In this document: piece by piece, positions 37,082 to 41,731 of the stretch
Layout: every line of letters begins with the position of its first letter
Numbering within the stretch: the stretch's first letter is position 1
Source: Verrucomicrobiales bacterium
GTDB taxonomy: Bacteria > Verrucomicrobiota > Verrucomicrobiia > Verrucomicrobiales > SLCJ01
Direction: 5' to 3'
Assembly: GCA_046075565.1 (NCBI GenBank)
Contig: JBJTQJ010000059.1
Location: 1-41,731, forward strand
DNA: 41,731 nucleotides
Program-made: the position numbers and the translations under genes
Notes under the pieces: generated by a model
Databases searched by the model: none
Told to the model about the DNA's origin: nothing
Seen by the model: the letters and a program-made list of their open reading frames with translations, nothing else

Positions 37082-38056
37082 TCACGACGGTTGCAAGGGG
37101 CTTGCCGGAACGAATACCAATCCGGAGAGCAGTTCGTCGAACCCAAGCCCCGTGCCCGCGGGCACGGTCAACCGGCATCCGACGGGGGCCAAACGCTCCG
37201 CGAACGCATCCGGTTCGAACAAGAGGGTGGTGGCCAGACCGGCCGGGCCGCGCAAGCAGCCTTCGGCGGAAAATCTCGCCGCCCAATACGCCGCCCAGGC
37301 CACTCCCAACGGATGGTCCATATTGCTGGTGACGATGAGTTTCCGTCCGTCCCTGCGGGCCAGCTCGAGCATCCTTTCCGCATCGTCCCGTGCGGGTTTA
37401 CAGACCAGTACAAACCCTTCCGCTCCGGGAGCATCAACCCGCCGATCCACGGCCAGGCGCAAGCCGGTGGCTTCTTCCAAATCCCCCCAATCGCAGGGCG
37501 AAAACGGACACGGATCCTCAACCACATCCGTTTGTCTCTTCACCTGGGATCCGAGCGCCTTTGCCCACTGGAAAAAATCATCGGCGGAGATGGACTCGTT
37601 GAAATCGAAACGCCAGACGAGATCCGGGCAGGCTTCGGCTGCCGCATGGATGTCTGGTAGACGTTCGCGCCAATCCGGCCCGAGTTTCACTTTCAGAGTA
37701 GTGAACCCTCGATCGCGCCAGTTCGCAGCCGATTCGGGTGTCACCACTTCTGTTAGTGTAGCGTGGCTTTCCGGGATGACCAGTCCGTCGAACAACGAAC
37801 GTCCTTCTCGCCGGGCCTGCCCGTCAACGGCGGCGGCGGCGAGCGCATTCGCGAGCAGGGGCGTGAGATTGCCTTGCTGGAACTTCTCCAGGTGCCGGGC
37901 GATGGGCTCGTCGCCGAGACTCTCCCACGGTTGGAAACAGGCGTATCCCCCCTCCGCGCGCAGAAGCAGACCGTTCACACCCGACGAGCGATGACGGGCA
38001 TTCAAGGCCGCACGTGCGGTCAGCGTGTAACGATGGATGGCAATATCCGTTTTCAC
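37082..38056 (-). CDS. menC: o-succinylbenzoate synthase (enolase superfamily)
   Basis: TLKVKLG, RFDFNE, VEDP, AVD, CKP; GTG start overlapping the menA stop (GTGA). Confidence 0.8.
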   Translation of the reverse strand: MKTDIAIHRYTLTARAALNARHRSSGVNGLLLRAEGGYACFQPWESLGDEPIARHLEKFQQGNLTPLLANALAAAAVDGQARREGRSLFDGLVIPESHATLTEVVTPESAANWRDRGFTTLKVKLGPDWRERLPDIHAAAEACPDLVWRFDFNESISADDFFQWAKALGSQVKRQTDVVEDPCPFSPCDWGDLEEATGLRLAVDRRVDAPGAEGFVLVCKPARDDAERMLELARRDGRKLIVTSNMDHPLGVAWAAYWAARFSAEGCLRGPAGLATTLLFEPDAFAERLAPVGCRLTVPAGTGLGFDELLSGLVFVPASPLQPS

Positions 38057-38925
38057 AGGAAAGCTCCGAGATGGAATCCAATGGCGAAAAGAACAAGTGT
38101 CGCGCCGGCTTTGGCCAGCAACAGATTGTGACCTGGACCCGGTTCGTCGCGCGACACCCGCCGGGTGACCCCGGCGGCGAGGGGCAAGGCGAGCAGCGGA
38201 CCGAGCGCGAGTCCAGAATGACCGAGCGGCCACCAGAGCAAGCCGAGGACGAACGGCAGGAGCAGGAGAATAGTCGTTTCCTTTTTCGCCCATAGAACAC
38301 CGAATCGTACCGCCAGCGTGCGTTTGCCGGTGGTCGCATCCTCGGCGGCGTCGCGCAGATTGTTGATGGCGATCAAAGCCGTTGATAAGGCCCCGACCTG
38401 CGTTCCTAACAGAATGGCATGCGGCATCCATTTTCCGGTCTGCACGAAGACCGAGCCGAGCACGGCAATCCACCCGAAGAAAAGCATGACAAAGCCCTCG
38501 CCGAGCCCGCGGTAGGCGAGCGGGAAGGGTCCGCCGGTGTAACCGAAACTGAAATACAAGGACGGCAGGCCGATGGCAAGGATGGGCCAACCTCGCGCGG
38601 CGATCAGCGGCCATGCCAAAGCAGCCGCCACGAGCAAAGCCAGCACTCCCATGCCCATGACGAGCGCGGGCGACAGCAATCCCGAGGCGGTCACCCGTTG
38701 CGGACCGATACGCGCGGCCGTGTCCGCGCCCTTGCGCGCATCGATGGCATCGTTGAAGAAGTTCGAAGCAATCTGGATGGCCATGGCACTGCCCAGGGTG
38801 CAAATCGCCAGCCATGGCGACCATACGCCCGTGGACTTCCACGCCAGCACACACCCCAGCCACACCGGCACGATGGCGGCCGGCAAGGTCTTGGGTCGGG
38901 TCGCCATGAAGATGGCAAGGTGCAT
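38053..38925 (-). CDS. menA: 1,4-dihydroxy-2-naphthoate prenyltransferase
   Basis: RPKTL, NFFNDAIDARKGAD, YTGGPFPLAYRGLGE, NNLRD...D...GKRTLAVR. Confidence 0.95.
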   Translation of the reverse strand: MHLAIFMATRPKTLPAAIVPVWLGCVLAWKSTGVWSPWLAICTLGSAMAIQIASNFFNDAIDARKGADTAARIGPQRVTASGLLSPALVMGMGVLALLVAAALAWPLIAARGWPILAIGLPSLYFSFGYTGGPFPLAYRGLGEGFVMLFFGWIAVLGSVFVQTGKWMPHAILLGTQVGALSTALIAINNLRDAAEDATTGKRTLAVRFGVLWAKKETTILLLLPFVLGLLWWPLGHSGLALGPLLALPLAAGVTRRVSRDEPGPGHNLLLAKAGATLVLFAIGFHLGAFL

Positions 38926-39049
38926 TGCTCCACTTTACGCGGCCAAGGGCACCTGCCCACTTGAAAGTCAGGGCAGAAGGAAAACCGAGAAACACCGGCT
39001 TGCCGGCCGGGTAATCCGAGTGGGTTTTCCATCAAGGAAGAGCGGACTA

Positions 39050-39170
39050 GCGCGGAAACTCAAGGCCGCCCGTCTTCGGGAGCAACACCCGGATTGGTCG
39101 GAAAATCAAATCGAGGAAAAGGAAATAGAGATTTTTCTCCATGCCGTCACCTGAACCATTTCTGACCAAT
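39050..39170 (+). pseudogene. Remnant of a small two-gene module, possibly antitoxin tail plus nucleotidyltransferase start
   Basis: ARKLKAARLREQHPDWSENQIEE...EIFLHAVT-stop has no start of its own and overlaps ATG 39141 (MPSPEPFL), which runs into the convergent gene. Confidence 0.4.
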
Positions 39171-40314
39171 TCAAATACTCGATTCACTTGAAATCGCCTT
39201 CATTTCCACATACGGCCGGAATTCCGGCCAGAGGTCGAGGAAGTTGGTCCCGCGTTTGGCATCCAGATCGCCAAGATAGGTGAGGAAGGTCTGGAATTCC
39301 GATTCGTCACGTGGTTGCAGCATGGCTTTTTCCAAACCCTCGAAAATCCGGTGGTGGCGTGATGCTCGCAGGCGGCGGAGATACTCCTCTTTGAGCGCGT
39401 CGGGCCGATGCCGGGCCTGAAGGAACGTCGGTTTGTTGATCACGCAGGGCATGAATCCGGTGCCAAGGCCTTTTTTCTCGAAGAAGTCGGCGATCTCGCT
39501 CACGTCACCGGCATTCAGCATGCCCGAGGCGCTGTTCACCGCCACCTCGATGTTGGGCAAACCGCGCGCCAGCTCCACGTTTTCCATTATCTTGTCAAAA
39601 TGCGATCCATGGCGGATGTAGTCATTTTTCGGGCCCAGGTTGTCGATCGAACCATAGATGGTCACCCGGCGGAAATGCTGGAGGAAATCATTCACATGGC
39701 GGCTGCCGAGGTGGAAGGCGGTGAGGTTGGAATCTTTTCAGGGTATCATCGACGAACTTGTCGTAGGCCGCGTCATCTTTGAAGAACCCGAAGCGGTCGG
39801 TGACGGCGAGGCGTTTCAGCCAATAGCCATCGCGGATGCCCGCCAGTTCTTCCGTTCGCGACGAGGAATTGACAGGCGGGCACATATAGCAACGGAGATT
39901 GCAGTGGTTGTCGAAGATCCGGAGCTTCAATTCGAGGCAACGTTCCTTGGCCGGCAGTCGACCAGTCCATCCGCGCGCCACGCGGACAGCAGTGCGTAAT
40001 GTCGGATTGCCCTGGGGGCGTTCCAGGGTCAGCAGTTTCCGGATCCCCTGGATCCGCGTGGAAATCATCCCGGCCTTTTCCATGCGGATGCATTTACCGC
40101 AGTATTGGAAAACCAAATCCGGCTTGCCGCCGAGCATCTCTTTGCGAATCTTCCGCATCAAGGGGTGATTCAAGTGTTCGGCCGGAGTGGTGTCGGAAAC
40201 CGTGTGGGGAAACGGCTGGGCCCGGCAACAAAGCCGCCACCGCCCGGCATTGTCATTGTAGAGGTGATTGAAGGGCACCGGGCAGAAGAAATCACCAGGC
40301 GCGGGATGGAACAA
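39171..40314 (-). pseudogene. Twitch-domain radical SAM protein split by an internal deletion and frameshift
   Basis: 5' part has CPVPF, CC, CGKC and CNLRCYMC; 3' part has SNLT, GSID, YIR. The frame changes at ~39735 and the GGEP segment is absent. Confidence 0.8.
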
Positions 40315-40507
40315 CGCAGAGTCATATTAACAACAGATTGATGAATCCCCAAAGAGAAAAATGCACGGGCGAGCCTTTTGACTCGAAAGTTTTGACACCC
40401 TGGAGGCAGGGTTCACACTGGATTTCGTCGCTCGCGATCAGGCCGTAAAGCCTCTCCGGCTTGCTCGGTTCTTCGACGCGGGCTATCAATTCGCCTGTCC
40501 CTCACCC

Positions 40508-40531
40508 GCACGACAGGATTGTCCTGCCTAC
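40508..40531 (-). repeat. Single REP-like palindrome
   Basis: Minus strand GTAG-GCAGGACA-ATCC-TGTCGTGC (7/8 stem); only one copy noticed. Confidence 0.3.
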
Positions 40532-40572
40532 GCATCCTTGGCCTCTAGCGATCCATGCCGATGGCGCACCAC

Positions 40573-40605
40573 AAAAAAACCCGCCGATCACGATGGATCG
40601 GCGGG
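40573..40605 (-). terminator. Intrinsic terminator of gap
   Basis: 10-bp stem cccgccgatc / gatcggcggg, 6-nt loop, 7 T on the minus strand. Confidence 0.88.
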
Positions 40606-40634
40606 CGTGGTAAAGCGGAAATCCGCGAGGGGAA

Positions 40635-41729
<1,095 letters not shown>

Positions 41730-41731
41730 CT

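Noticed and set aside
37082-38995. 637-aa ORF suggesting a MenC fusion
   Set aside because: The N-terminal half is an alternative frame over menA; MenC motifs begin at GTG 38056.
39725-39745. Programmed ribosomal frameshift in the radical SAM gene
   Set aside because: Only an A4 run is present, and a frameshift would not restore the missing GGE segment.

Overview
High-GC bacterial DNA, most likely Verrucomicrobiota. This assignment is an inference from the gene families, a TGTTC-N4-GAACA LexA-type box and periodic intergenic repeats. Positions ~1-11110 look like the eroded right end of a genomic island abutting the 3' end of tRNA-Ser(TGA), with helically phased att-arm-like repeats but no integrase in the window. 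The island holds: an operon of two lipoproteins, a Tat-exported S41 protease and a membrane-anchored Ser/Thr kinase that has lost its catalytic motifs (pseudokinase); a lower-GC block with a 15-repeat Sel1 protein; a holin-like gene; and fragments of DUF4062/TPR NLR-like genes. Most of this cargo is bracketed by a 79-bp direct repeat (75/79 identical) whose second copy sits at a gene breakpoint. The rest looks like core genome: amidase, glycolipid glycosyltransferase, HAD phosphatase, NupC-family transporter, ssb, a Wzc/OPX/beta-barrel export module behind tRNA-Gly(TCC), comEC, fucI, a pilin-like gene with two giant secreted GH13 enzymes, a DUF3863-like protein, menC/menA, a deleted radical SAM pseudogene and gap. 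All family assignments are by motif recognition only; no searches were run.
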